From: Bacteroidia bacterium
GTDB lineage: Bacteria > Bacteroidota > Bacteroidia > J057
Direction: 5' to 3'
DNA: 64,000 nt
Assembly: GCA_041741415.1 (NCBI GenBank)
Contig: JBGSKC010000032.1
Location: 20,446 to 84,445, forward strand
The notes beneath the pieces were generated by a model. It searched no databases. It was not told the DNA's origin and saw only the letters and a list, made by a program, of their open reading frames with translations. This document shows, piece by piece, positions 8,506 to 18,700 of this stretch (the first letter of the stretch is position 1; every line of letters begins with the position of its first letter). Made by a program: the position numbers and the translations under genes.

Positions 8506-10986
8506 ATGTCCACCCACTCCCCCATTCTGCAGCGAGGCATCGACTGGTACCATGGCCGCAACTGGGAGCCTTTTCCTTTTCAGGTGGAGATGATGGAGGC
8601 CTACCTCGCAGGAGAGTCTGGTGTGCTGAATGCGCCCACGGGCAGCGGAAAGACAATGGCCATGTGGATTCCCATCCTGCTCGACTGGCTGCGCCAGAAT
8701 CCCGGCCGGTCTCCCGGCCAGTCTCCCGGCAGCCCCTCCGGCGGCCTCGTCGCCCTCTGGATCACGCCCCTCAGGGCCCTGGCCAAAGACATCGTCATTG
8801 CCACCAGCGAAGCCTGTACTGACATGGGCCTCTCCTGGCGCGTCGAGGCCCGCACAGGGGATTCTTCCTCCAGCCAGCGCGAAAAACAGCGCCGCTCCAT
8901 GCCGGAAGGGCTCGTCACAACCCCCGAAAGCCTCCACGTGCTGTTTGCCAACAAAGACCACGCCCGCTTTTTCCGGAACCTGGAGGTAGTTGTTGTGGAC
9001 GAATGGCACGACCTGCTGGGCACCAAGCGCGGCGTTCAAACGGAGCTTGTGCTGTCTCACCTCCGAAAGTTGCGGCCCGGCCTTCGTGTATGGGGCATTT
9101 CAGCCACCATCGGCAACCTGCCGCAGGCCATGGAGGTGCTGCTGCCGCCTCATGCAGGCCTGCCGCCCGGCAGGCTCGTGAAAGCGAACATCCGCAAGGA
9201 AATTCAGGTGAACACGGTCCTGCCTTCTGTGATCGAAAAATTCCCCTGGTCGGGCCACCTAGGTGTGAACATGATTGAGCAGGTGCTGCCGATCCTGCGG
9301 CGCGGAACCTCCACCCTCGTGTTTACCAACACCCGCTCCCAGTGCGAAATCTGGTACCAGGCCCTTCTCGACGCCGAGCCCGACCTGGCCGGGCAAATGG
9401 CGATGCACCATGGATCCCTTGCTTCTGAGCTCAGGGGCTGGGTGGAGGAAGCCCTCCACGCCGGGCAGGTCAAAGTGGTGGTGTGTACCTCCAGCCTCGA
9501 CCTCGGGGTGGATTTCCGGCCAGTTGACCAGGTCATCCAGGTGGGAGGACCCAAGGGTGTTGCCCGCTTTTTGCAGCGGGCAGGACGCTCTGGGCACAGG
9601 CCTGGCGAGCTCAGCCAGGTGTATTTTGTGCCAACCCACTCCCTGGAGCTCATGGAAGCCTCTGCCATGCGCCAGGCGGTGGAGCAGGAATTGGTGGAAG
9701 AGCGCCCTCCTGTTACCCAGGCCTGGGATGTGCTCATCCAGTACCTGATGACCCTCGCCACCGGCGACGGCCTGCATCCGGAACAGGCTTGGGAGGAAGT
9801 GCGGCAGTGCTTCAGCTACCGCGACATGAGCCGGGAATATTTCGACTGGTGCCTCGATTTTCTGATCACCGGAGGTGCTTCCCTGTATGCCTACGACGAG
9901 TACAAAAAAATCCTGCCCGACGAGGACGGCTTATATCATCCGGCCAGCAAGCGAATTGCCCTGCAACACCGTCTGTCGATTGGCACCATCGTGAGCGATG
10001 TGAGCATGCAGGTGAAATTCATGAGCGGAGGGAGAATCGGAACTGTGGAGGAGAGCTTTATCAACCAGATTCAGCCGGGGGAGACCTTCTGGTTTGCGGG
10101 CCGGGCCCTGGAGCTTGTGCGCATCCGCAACCTGGATGTGCTTGTGAAATTATCAAAAAAGAAAACCGGCAAAATCCCCCGCTGGATGGGCGCGCGGATG
10201 CCGCTTTCAACCCAGATGGCCCAATTGCTGCGCAGCCAGTTGGACCAGTTTCTGGCTGGTGAGCTTCGCTCGGTGGAGATGCAAAAGCTGCTTCCCCTGC
10301 TGGAGCTTCAGCGGAGCCGCTCGGCGGTTCCCCGCCACGACGAGTGTTTGATTGAATCCATTCACAGCAAAGAGGGCCATCACCTTTACATTTATCCCTT
10401 CGAAGGTCGGGTGGTGCATGAAATCATGGCTGCGTTGATCGCCTGGCGGATTTCCCAGATGCTGCCCATCACCTTTTCCCTGGCGATGAACGATTACGGG
10501 TTTGAGTTGCTGTCGGACCAGGAAATCCCGTTGCAGGAGGCGCTGGAGGCCGGCTTATTTTCGAGCGACGACCTGGAGGAAGCTTTGACCCACAGCGTGA
10601 ACGAAACCGAAATGGCGCGCAGCCGCTTTCGGGAGGTGGCGAGGATCGCAGGACTGGTGTTTGAGGGCTTTCCGGGCAAACCAGTCAAAAGCCGCCATTT
10701 GCAGGCCTCGACTTCGCTGCTGTTTCAGGTCTTTCAGCAGTATGACCCAAATAACCTCTTGTTTCAGCAGGCTTACCGGGAAGTGATTGACTATCAGGTG
10801 GACGGTGGCCGCCTCCGGCAGGCGATGGATCGTTTGGCCACCAAATCCCTGCTGATCACCGAGCCTGAGCTGTTCACCCCTTTCTGCTTCCCCATCATGG
10901 TGGACCGCTTGTCGCGGGGGCAGCTCACCTCGGAGTCGTTGCTCGACAGGATCGGGAAGATGCAGGCGATGCTGGATCAGAGATGA
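8506..10986 (+). CDS. Lhr-type DEXH-box helicase (ligase-associated DNA damage response helicase family)
   Basis: 826 aa. N-terminus W..G..W.PFPFQ.E...A.L.G.SG.L.APTGSGKT, a DEWH box (VVVDEWHDLLGTKRG) and a long Lhr-core C-terminal domain. Confidence 0.8.
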   Translation: MSTHSPILQRGIDWYHGRNWEPFPFQVEMMEAYLAGESGVLNAPTGSGKTMAMWIPILLDWLRQNPGRSPGQSPGSPSGGLVALWITPLRALAKDIVIATSEACTDMGLSWRVEARTGDSSSSQREKQRRSMPEGLVTTPESLHVLFANKDHARFFRNLEVVVVDEWHDLLGTKRGVQTELVLSHLRKLRPGLRVWGISATIGNLPQAMEVLLPPHAGLPPGRLVKANIRKEIQVNTVLPSVIEKFPWSGHLGVNMIEQVLPILRRGTSTLVFTNTRSQCEIWYQALLDAEPDLAGQMAMHHGSLASELRGWVEEALHAGQVKVVVCTSSLDLGVDFRPVDQVIQVGGPKGVARFLQRAGRSGHRPGELSQVYFVPTHSLELMEASAMRQAVEQELVEERPPVTQAWDVLIQYLMTLATGDGLHPEQAWEEVRQCFSYRDMSREYFDWCLDFLITGGASLYAYDEYKKILPDEDGLYHPASKRIALQHRLSIGTIVSDVSMQVKFMSGGRIGTVEESFINQIQPGETFWFAGRALELVRIRNLDVLVKLSKKKTGKIPRWMGARMPLSTQMAQLLRSQLDQFLAGELRSVEMQKLLPLLELQRSRSAVPRHDECLIESIHSKEGHHLYIYPFEGRVVHEIMAALIAWRISQMLPITFSLAMNDYGFELLSDQEIPLQEALEAGLFSSDDLEEALTHSVNETEMARSRFREVARIAGLVFEGFPGKPVKSRHLQASTSLLFQVFQQYDPNNLLFQQAYREVIDYQVDGGRLRQAMDRLATKSLLITEPELFTPFCFPIMVDRLSRGQLTSESLLDRIGKMQAMLDQR
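8701..8730. repeat. in-frame 12-bp tandem repeat CCCGGCC(G/A)GTCT x2 plus a partial third copy, inside the helicase gene
   Basis: cccggccggtct cccggccagtct cccggc. It encodes PGRSPGQSPGSP, a low-complexity insert just after helicase motif I. Confidence 0.8.
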
Positions 10987-11046
10987 CAGAGATGACAGAG
11001 AAGAGTGAAGGAGAGGTGATCGATAAAAGGGAAAAGGATGAAAAGG

Positions 11047-11083
11047 GGAAAAAAATGGCCGGGGGTGGGTGGTCCCGGCCATT
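11047..11083 (-). terminator. rho-independent terminator for the 11100..12572 gene
   Basis: 10-bp perfect stem AATGGCCGGG/CCCGGCCATT (11054..11063 / 11074..11083). On the minus strand it is followed by a T7 run. It lies 17 nt after the stop codon. Confidence 0.7.
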
Positions 11084-11099
11084 GCTGTGAGCTTGGGGT

Positions 11100-12572
11100 T
11101 TATTTTCCTTGTTTCACTATCCTGAAGGCAGATTGATACTGACTGTCAGAGAGTTCCAAAACATACACACCATCTGGCAGATGCGAAAGAGAAACCGAAA
11201 GCTCCGCCTTTCCTGCCTGAGCAAGCGTGGTTTCGGTGATTACCACCTGTCCGTTCAATGTCCTGACTGTCAGTTGAACCTCCCCTGGGGTGTGTTGCGT
11301 CCATTGGACAAAGACCAGATCAGAGGTTGGATTAGGGCTGACGTGAAGAGAGGGGTGCATGGTAACAGAAGGTTCAATGGCCACCGTGCCATCATTTGTC
11401 AGCAGGGCATAAAAAGTTTGCAGCAACAATTCGCCTTCTATCTGCTCGGTGCCGGTAAGCACATAGCCACCGGTTGACAGAGGCAAAATAAATCTGGCTT
11501 CATTCCACTTTCCAATAGGCGATGGGTACAGAGCACTCCACTGGGGTTCTCCGTTTTCGTCCACCTTAGCCACGTAAGTATGAGTCTCAACAGTTGGATC
11601 TTGAAAGCTGACGCTCAGAACAAAAACCACTCCTCCATCAGGCGTCAGGGCACTATGCCGATAGCGGTAATCAAGGATAGAAGCAGAGTCGGCAAGGCGG
11701 TATGGCTGATTTTTCTCCCAGAGAAGGTTTCCTTCCTGGTCCATTTTCCTGAGGAACAGCCTTTGAAGACCTTCGCCGGGGCGATCTTCCCCTACGACAA
11801 AAAGAGCTTGATCCGGAGTGAGAAAAATCTCGTGGCCAACAGCTTCTCTGATGCCAAATTTTCTTGTGGCAATGGTATCTCCATTTGGGAGCAATTTCAT
11901 CCAGAAACCTGCGTGAACCCTGTCAGTGGGCAGAATAACTCCCTCGTTTTCAGTGATATACCCAGTTGCAAAGAGAACAGATTGAGGAGTGCTGATGATA
12001 TCATAGATGGAGGAGGAAAGGGTGGCATAATTCTTTTCCCATACCACCTGACCCTCAGGACTAAAACGAATGGCCTTGGCTGCGGAGGTTTCATTAGCAG
12101 TTAATTTTCCACTCCCGACGATCACCACATCGCCCTCTGGCAGCAGGGTCATCGCAGCCGGAGATTCATAGTTGCCCATGACTGGGGAAAGCCCTTCCGA
12201 CAACACAACGCCAAACTTGGAAAGGCTGTTCACCCCCATCCTGTGCTGGTTTGTAACCGGATCAATGAAATCTATCGCGAAGTAGAATCCGCCTCCGGGT
12301 CTTTCAATGAAATCGACAATATTAGTTTGAATATTGGCTAGCTGCGGATAGGTTGTGTTGGTAAAGTCAAGGGAGTCATTGAGCCAATAAAGGACCGGGC
12401 CCACAAAACTTCCTTTGCCCCCGGCAATCAGCACCGAATCTGTTTCAATGAAGATCGCCGGAGTCTGGGCAGCGAGAGATTCCCAGGCAGAAACAGCCGG
12501 GGACTGGATAGATTGAGACCAGGCAGTGCAGTTCAGCACGATAGCCATAACGGTCAGCAAGATAGATTTCAT
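11100..12572 (-). CDS. secreted beta-propeller-like protein with T9SS C-terminal sorting domain
   Basis: Signal peptide MKSILLTVMAIVLNCTAWSQ. C-terminus LHVSPNPTSDLVFVQW...LNGQVV...LPDGVYVLEL...FRIVKQ matches the T9SS type A CTD pattern. Confidence 0.8.
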   Translation of the reverse strand: MKSILLTVMAIVLNCTAWSQSIQSPAVSAWESLAAQTPAIFIETDSVLIAGGKGSFVGPVLYWLNDSLDFTNTTYPQLANIQTNIVDFIERPGGGFYFAIDFIDPVTNQHRMGVNSLSKFGVVLSEGLSPVMGNYESPAAMTLLPEGDVVIVGSGKLTANETSAAKAIRFSPEGQVVWEKNYATLSSSIYDIISTPQSVLFATGYITENEGVILPTDRVHAGFWMKLLPNGDTIATRKFGIREAVGHEIFLTPDQALFVVGEDRPGEGLQRLFLRKMDQEGNLLWEKNQPYRLADSASILDYRYRHSALTPDGGVVFVLSVSFQDPTVETHTYVAKVDENGEPQWSALYPSPIGKWNEARFILPLSTGGYVLTGTEQIEGELLLQTFYALLTNDGTVAIEPSVTMHPSLHVSPNPTSDLVFVQWTQHTPGEVQLTVRTLNGQVVITETTLAQAGKAELSVSLSHLPDGVYVLELSDSQYQSAFRIVKQGK

Positions 12573-12631
12573 GTCGTTGCAGGGTTGTAAAATGAAGGTT
12601 CAGTGAATAGCTTCCACAGAAAGCAAGTTTT

Positions 12632-13996
12632 TTATCTGGTCTTGACTTCCGGAGTAAATTGGAGATCAATGGTGGGGGGAGACCCTTCCTCAACTTCAAT
12701 ATAAATTGATTCTGTTTCATTGCCTCCACAACTGACCTGAGGATATTGCTCCCCATCAATTTGATCCGGTAATCCATACACGGATAGAACTAAATTATTG
12801 GGGTAGGTGTTGGAGTACATTTTTGCAGTGCTGATCAAAAATGTAGAAGATAAGGCCAGAGACGAGTTGTTGGTTCCATTGATGCGGCAAATCCTAGTTC
12901 CACTGGTGCCAAATAGTGCAAAACTGCTGGGAGAACTAAGCCCAAGTTCTATCATCCCTTGATTGTAAGCAGAAGTGTTGGGAATGTATGAATACCCAGT
13001 GAAGTTAGCATTGAAGTAGCCTATGCCATCAAATCCATTCGCAGCACCATTCCAATCTATTGATGCTGCCAACCTCCCATCAGGCAAAAACTCAAGGCCT
13101 GAAACATAATTAAAGGCATTAAGATAAGGCTCAACCGTTGTGATTGATGAGGAAGGAAGTTGAAAGACCTTTATTCTAAAATATGGGATGGGTTGTTGAA
13201 AATCAGCCTCAGCCCATGCCAGCCTTGATCCGTCATGAGAAAGTTCCATTTCTGGTGCAACGCTGAACGGATCACCAGGCTTGTTATACACAAGTTGACT
13301 TTGTTGCACAACACTCGAAATAGGGAATGCTCTTAGCTGTTTCCCGTCATATGCATATAGGACCCTGTTACCAGTTACATTGGGCTTAGAGAGCGCAAGT
13401 CTGAGTGGAGAGTGAGAAAATTGGAAAAGCAACGTCGGGAAGCTCAGGGTGTTAGAGATTGTATTGTATTTTTGAACAAATAAAAAGGATGCCGATTGAG
13501 AATTTAAATAACTGTCTGTTGTGAAGATAAAATACTCATTAGGATTTGATGGAACAGGACAAACAACTTGTTCAAAGTTTTCGGTTAGATTGAATCCAAT
13601 TCCTGTATATGGGTTTTGTGCTTTTGTACTGTAATCCTTCATTAGAAGGTAGCCAGATTCTAGCCCATTTTCGTCAAACACCCAGTCGCCAGAAATGTAA
13701 AAAATAGGTGTTCCACATTGGGTAAACATTCCATTAGCACCTGTTGCGTGTCTCCAAAAGTGGTTGGCAGCACTGTGGATATAAGTCATTGGTTGAGAAA
13801 ATGGCAATGTGCTCTGTTGTAATATCCCACTGTTCTTAAATAGCTTGGGAGGATCACTGGAGATTACCCAATAAGGATTTTGAAAGCTCTGGGCAATCCC
13901 GATTGTGTTTCCAAAAACACAAAAAAGAAAAATTGATTTAAACAAAGAGGCTAAATACTGACAGAAGGGGGGGGGGGATAATTGGATGCTTAGCAT
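12632..13996 (-). CDS. hypothetical secreted beta-propeller-like protein in an AT-rich island, no T9SS CTD
   Basis: 454-aa ORF with a signal-like LASLFKSIFLFCVFGNTIGIAQS and WD/propeller-like strands (SHDGSRLAWA, LPDGRLAAS). Hand-counted 60-nt samples at 13441 and 13081 give 35% and 40% G+C, against 62% in the adjacent SusD gene. Confidence 0.65.
   Translation of the reverse strand: MLSIQLSPPPFCQYLASLFKSIFLFCVFGNTIGIAQSFQNPYWVISSDPPKLFKNSGILQQSTLPFSQPMTYIHSAANHFWRHATGANGMFTQCGTPIFYISGDWVFDENGLESGYLLMKDYSTKAQNPYTGIGFNLTENFEQVVCPVPSNPNEYFIFTTDSYLNSQSASFLFVQKYNTISNTLSFPTLLFQFSHSPLRLALSKPNVTGNRVLYAYDGKQLRAFPISSVVQQSQLVYNKPGDPFSVAPEMELSHDGSRLAWAEADFQQPIPYFRIKVFQLPSSSITTVEPYLNAFNYVSGLEFLPDGRLAASIDWNGAANGFDGIGYFNANFTGYSYIPNTSAYNQGMIELGLSSPSSFALFGTSGTRICRINGTNNSSLALSSTFLISTAKMYSNTYPNNLVLSVYGLPDQIDGEQYPQVSCGGNETESIYIEVEEGSPPTIDLQFTPEVKTR
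13967..13977. repeat. homopolymeric G11 (C11 on the coding strand) inside codons 7-10 of ORF 12632..13996
   Basis: Counted directly: acagaaGGGGGGGGGGGata. On the minus strand this reads TCC CCC CCC CCC TTC (S-P-P-P-F), upstream of the signal-peptide core. Confidence 0.95.
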
Positions 13997-14118
13997 AGGT
14001 TTCTGTTAATTAGTGGTTCATCACCAAATTAAAAAATATTTTCTAACATCCCATAATAATTTCGAGAATATTTTTTTCTAAAAGAATGGTACCAATGTTA
14101 ATTTCTTGCTTTAGTGCA

Positions 14119-14126
14119 CAAAGTTA
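14119..14126 (-). promoter_or_regulatory. candidate -7 box TAACTTTG (TAnnTTTG) for the AT-rich ORF
   Basis: The plus strand reads caaagtta. The box lies between the SusD terminator and the ATG at 13996, about 123 nt upstream of that ATG. Confidence 0.3.
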
Positions 14127-14160
14127 CTCATACATTGAGATTCACGTGCACCAAACCAAA

Positions 14161-14190
14161 AAGACCGCCCCTCGCGAGGCGGTCTTTTTT
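14161..14190 (-). terminator. rho-independent (bidirectional-looking) terminator after the SusD-like gene
   Basis: 9-bp stem AAGACCGCC/GGCGGTCTT with a GC-rich loop. T-runs follow on both strands. It lies 29 nt downstream of the SusD stop. Confidence 0.8.
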
Positions 14191-14218
14191 ACTTGGAAGT
14201 CAAGCAGAATGAGAGCGG

Positions 14219-15685
14219 CTATTTTTCCCACCAAACCTTGGTGTTGATGTCGTCGGTGCCCTGACGGGAAACGGCAGCATCACGGCTTTCGGAGTTCAGG
14301 GCCTGCTCGCTGATCGGGTAGATGAAGCGAACGGGGATGCGGTCATCATTGAGGTTGGCTTTGCCAGGCTGGAGGGCAGGAATGCCTGTCCGGCGCCAGT
14401 CAACCCATGCTTCCACACCGTGGAAGAACAGGGCGATCCACTTCTGGAAGCCGATCTGCTGGAGGGCATTGGCAGAGTTGAAGGCCACTTCAGGCTGGGT
14501 CATGTAGTCGGCGGGCATGGTGAGGCCATAGAAGCCGAAAGAAGCCTCAATGCCGTTTTCGTAGTAGGTTTTGGCATCGCCGGAGATCAGGCCTTTCTGA
14601 GCAGCCTCAGCCAGAATGAACTGAAGCTCAGCGTAGTCCATGATGAAGCCTTTGGCGATGGACAATCCTTTTGGAGAAATGGCGTCTTCGAAGTAGATGG
14701 AGCCAATCCGGGAAACGAACTGGGCACCACCATTGTAGGTAAGAGCCTCAATATCGTCCAGGCCATTAGGAATGCCGACATACTCAGGAGTTCCTGCAGC
14801 CACAGAAGCCACAGTCGGGCGGGCAAAGATGGTGATCCGGTTGTCGTTGAGTGCCAGCAGGGTGTCGCCGAGGGTTTTGCTGAGGCGGAATTCGTCGAAA
14901 GAACCTACCCGGTAAGTGTGGATGGGGAACTGGTTCGGCGAAGCGTTCAGGTAAGTCAGTGCGGCATTGTCCTCATTTCCTTCGAAGATCGGATAGGTGG
15001 CAGGATCGTTGAGGATCTGCTGCATCTGGGCGCTCACGTCGCGGCGCTTGGAGATCCGCATCAGGTAACGCAGGCGCAGGGAGTTGGCCAGCTTTTTCCA
15101 CTTCATCACATCGCCGTTGAAAATGATGTCACCGGCGAGTGCTTCGGGGCTGCTGCCCAGCAGGGTGTTGGCGGTTTCGAGGTCGGCCAGGATGCCGTCG
15201 TAGATGTCTTCCTGCTCGTCATACACAGGGAAAAACACATCGGATTTGCCCTCGGTAGCCTGAGCATAAGGAGCATCACCGTGGCAGTCGGTCACGAGCG
15301 AAAACATCCATGACTTCATTACCAGAGACAGGCCCTGGTAGTTTTTCTGGCCACGGGCTTCGGAGAGGTCATACACGTTTTTCAGGTCCCGCATGTTGCC
15401 ATAGACGGAGTTCCAGATGCCGTTGACTTCGCCCCAGAGGTAGCGGTCTTCGTTCACAAACTGGATCTTGGCGGTGTGTTGCACCACGATGTTGCCAATA
15501 CCCCAGCCTGTTCCCACGATTTCATTGGCCATGCTGCGCATCACGCCCGGAAGGAGCAGAGAAGCAGGCACTTCAGTGGGAGCGTTGCCGTTGGTGTTGA
15601 TTTCCTCGAAATCGTTGGTGCAGCTTCCCAGCATGAGAGCAGCCAGACCGAGGACGCTTATTTTTTTGAAAACAGAGTTCATCAT
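14219..15685 (-). CDS. SusD/RagB-family nutrient-binding outer-membrane lipoprotein
   Basis: MMNSVFKKISVLGLAALMLGSC lipobox; about 490 aa; sits immediately downstream of SusC. Helical TPR-like SusD features are present (LRLRYLMRIS, FILAEAAQKG). ATG at 15685 preferred over the TTG at 15709. Confidence 0.9.
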   Translation of the reverse strand: MMNSVFKKISVLGLAALMLGSCTNDFEEINTNGNAPTEVPASLLLPGVMRSMANEIVGTGWGIGNIVVQHTAKIQFVNEDRYLWGEVNGIWNSVYGNMRDLKNVYDLSEARGQKNYQGLSLVMKSWMFSLVTDCHGDAPYAQATEGKSDVFFPVYDEQEDIYDGILADLETANTLLGSSPEALAGDIIFNGDVMKWKKLANSLRLRYLMRISKRRDVSAQMQQILNDPATYPIFEGNEDNAALTYLNASPNQFPIHTYRVGSFDEFRLSKTLGDTLLALNDNRITIFARPTVASVAAGTPEYVGIPNGLDDIEALTYNGGAQFVSRIGSIYFEDAISPKGLSIAKGFIMDYAELQFILAEAAQKGLISGDAKTYYENGIEASFGFYGLTMPADYMTQPEVAFNSANALQQIGFQKWIALFFHGVEAWVDWRRTGIPALQPGKANLNDDRIPVRFIYPISEQALNSESRDAAVSRQGTDDINTKVWWEK

Positions 15686-15757
15686 TGTCAGATTGAGTCG
15701 TGAAACCAAATTCCCGGCCCTGGCAATCCCGGAGGTGCGCCAGGGCCCGGGACATGA

Positions 15758-18700
15758 TTAGAAGTTGAGATTGAGGTTGAAGCCGTAGCTGCGGGCAGAG
15801 GGCAGGGCCACAGACTCCACACCAGGGATGATGGTACCACCGCTCACAGAAGCCGTTTCGGGATCCACGTGAGGCACTTCTGACCAGACAAACAGGTTGC
15901 GGCCCACAGCGGAGATGTTCACATTCCGGAAGGGGGTCTTGGCCATGAGGGCGTTGGGCAGGGTGTAGCCAATCTGGATTTCGCGCAGTTTCACGAAGGA
16001 AGCGTCATAGACCATGCCTTCGGTGATGCGGCGGCCCAGGGTAATGGCAGTGTGGTATTCGCGGGCAGTGAGCTCGCGGGCAGCAGGGTTCTGAGCAGGA
16101 TCGTTTGGCAGATACACCACTTCACCGTTGGCACCAGTGCTGGCATAAACACCTGGGAAATACACACCGTTTCCTTCCACACTCAGGTCGTAGCCATTGG
16201 CGCGGCCTTCGAGGGTTTCGATGATCTGACCACCTTCGCGACCTACGGTCTGGGTGTGGGAGTAAATGATCCCGCCCTGACGCATGTCGAACAAGGCACC
16301 GATGTTCAATCCTTTGAATGAGAAGGTGTTGTACACACCCAGGAGGAAGTCGGGGTTGTAGTTACCCAGCAGGATACGCTCGGTGGTAGCGATGGGCCGG
16401 CCCTGGCTGTTCAGGATGATTTCGCCGAAATGCTCGCTGTTTTCATCTTCCACACGCTGGTAGCCAATACCATACATGCTGCCCATGCGCTCGCCTACCC
16501 GTGCTTCCACAGTCAGGTAACGGTCGGCCATGATGTAGCTGCTGATTTCGTCTGTCAGTTCCACTACTTCGCTGCGGTTGGCGGAGAAGTTGAAGTTCAT
16601 TTCCCAGGTAAATCCACCGGCAGTCTGAACAGGGATCACGTTCAGCATGGCCTCAATTCCGTAGTTGCGAACCTCACCGGCGTTGATCAGCTTCTGGCTG
16701 TAACCTGTTGTGCCGGAAAGGGGAATCCCGATGATCTGGTTGCGGCTGGCAATGTTGTAGTAGGTCACATCCAGGCCAACACGACCGAGGAAGAAGCGCA
16801 CATCAGCACCAACTTCGAAAGAGGTGGAAATTTCTGGCTTCAATTCGGGGTTCACCAGGCGGGAAGACTCAGAATACACACGGTTGGTACCGAAAGGCGT
16901 TCCGGCGTTGAACACCTGTGTCAGCTGGTAAGGGTCAGTGTCGTTACCCACCTGGGCAAGGCCGGTGCGAAGTTTGGCGAAAGACACCCACTCAGGCATT
17001 TTCATCAGGTCGCTCAGCACCACGCTCAGCGAGGCAGAAGGATAGAAGTAGCTGTTGTTGTCCAGCGGCAGGGTCGAAGACCAGTCGTTACGTGCAGTCA
17101 GGTCGAGGAAGATCGAGTTGCGGAAGGACAATTCGGCAAATCCGTACACGCTGTTGATGCGCTTGCTGGATTTGAACAGGCTGTTCTGAAGCTCCACGCG
17201 GGAGTTACCGAAGTTGTAGATCCCGGGGATCAGGAGCTGACCAGCGAAGGTTTCGAGGAAATCGTAGTTTCGGTCCATGCGGTTGGCACCGGCAGAGAGG
17301 TTCAGCTTCAGGTCGCCAAAGCCACGGTTGAAGTTCACCAGGAAGTCGGTGTTGCGCTCTTCGAGGATGATACGCTCTTCGCCGTAGCTACCGAAGGGGA
17401 AGCGCTGGGTCGAGAAAGCACGACGACGGGTGCGGAGCTCGCTGTTGTAGTCGGTAGCAGAGCGAAGCTGGATGTTCAGCCAGTCGGTGAAGTCATATTT
17501 TACAACCACATTCCCAAACAAGCGGTCGGCATACTGGCCGTTGGTGTTCTCATACAGGTTGAAGTAGGGGTTGTCGTGGTAGTTGTAGTTGAAGCCAAAC
17601 TGGCTCAGGCCTTCCTGGCCGCGCTGCCAGTACTCCTCTGAGCTAGACAGGTCCACAGAACGGCCCAGCCAGCAGTTGAACAGGTACATGATGTTCTCTG
17701 TTCCGTAGCTGTTGTTGGGGCGGTTGTCAGAGTCAGACTTCACATAGTTGATCACAGTCCGCACGCTCAGCTTGTCGGTCGGCTGGATACCACCGCTGAA
17801 AGCAACCGTGTTGCGGAGCAGGTCAGTGTTGGGGACCATGCCTTTCTGGCTCAGGTTGGTGTAGGACAAGCGGAAGTTGCTCATCTGGTTGCCACCGGAG
17901 ATAGAAACATTGTTGGTGAGGGTAACGCCAGTTTCGAAAAAGTCGCGAACGTTGTCAGGACGGGCAATAAACGGAGTAGGCACAATTTCGGTCACATCGC
18001 GGACGAGGTTACCATCGGCATCAACAGAGTTGAGGTCAGCACCGCGGAAATCAGACGTGGTTCCGTTGAGGTAGCGGCGTGGGGAATCATACTGAGGAAC
18101 AAGCAGGGAGGCATCAAAAGCCGGGCCCCAGCTTTCATCCACACCGTCACGAAGACCGCCGCCAGATCCGTCAACAAAGCTGAACTCACCACCGAGGCCC
18201 TGGCCATACTGGTTCTGGTACTCGGGGAGAACAAGGGGAGTTTCGAAAGAAACAGTAGAGTTGATCGAAACACCAAGACCCTTGGCACCGCGGCCGGACT
18301 TGGTAGTGATGAGGATCACACCGTTGGCACCGCGTGAGCCGTAAAGGGCAGAAGCGTTGGCACCTTTCAGCACGGAGATGGCTTCGATGTCGTCAGGGTT
18401 TACCACAGCAGCGAGGTTGCCATAGTCGGCATCCTGGCGGCCACGGCCTGAGGAGCCCACAAAATCGTTCAGAATGGGTACCCCGTCAACCACAAACAGC
18501 GGCTGGTTGCCGTTGATATTCAGCGACTTATCACCACGAATGGTGATACGGGCAGAAGAACCGATGCCAGAAGGTGTTCCCACCACCTGCACACCAGCCA
18601 CCTTACCGGCGAGGGCGTTCACCAGGTTGGTTTCGCGGGCCTGTGTGAGCTGGTTGCCTTGCACGGTCTGGATGGCGTAGCCAAGGGCTTTCTCGTCACG

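Noticed and set aside
16430-17641. 403-aa plus-strand ORF, plus other long ORFs inside the SusC gene region
   Set aside because: It is antisense to a confidently identified SusC gene. The translation is V/G/A/H-rich with no motifs, the usual mirror-frame ORF of a GC-rich gene.
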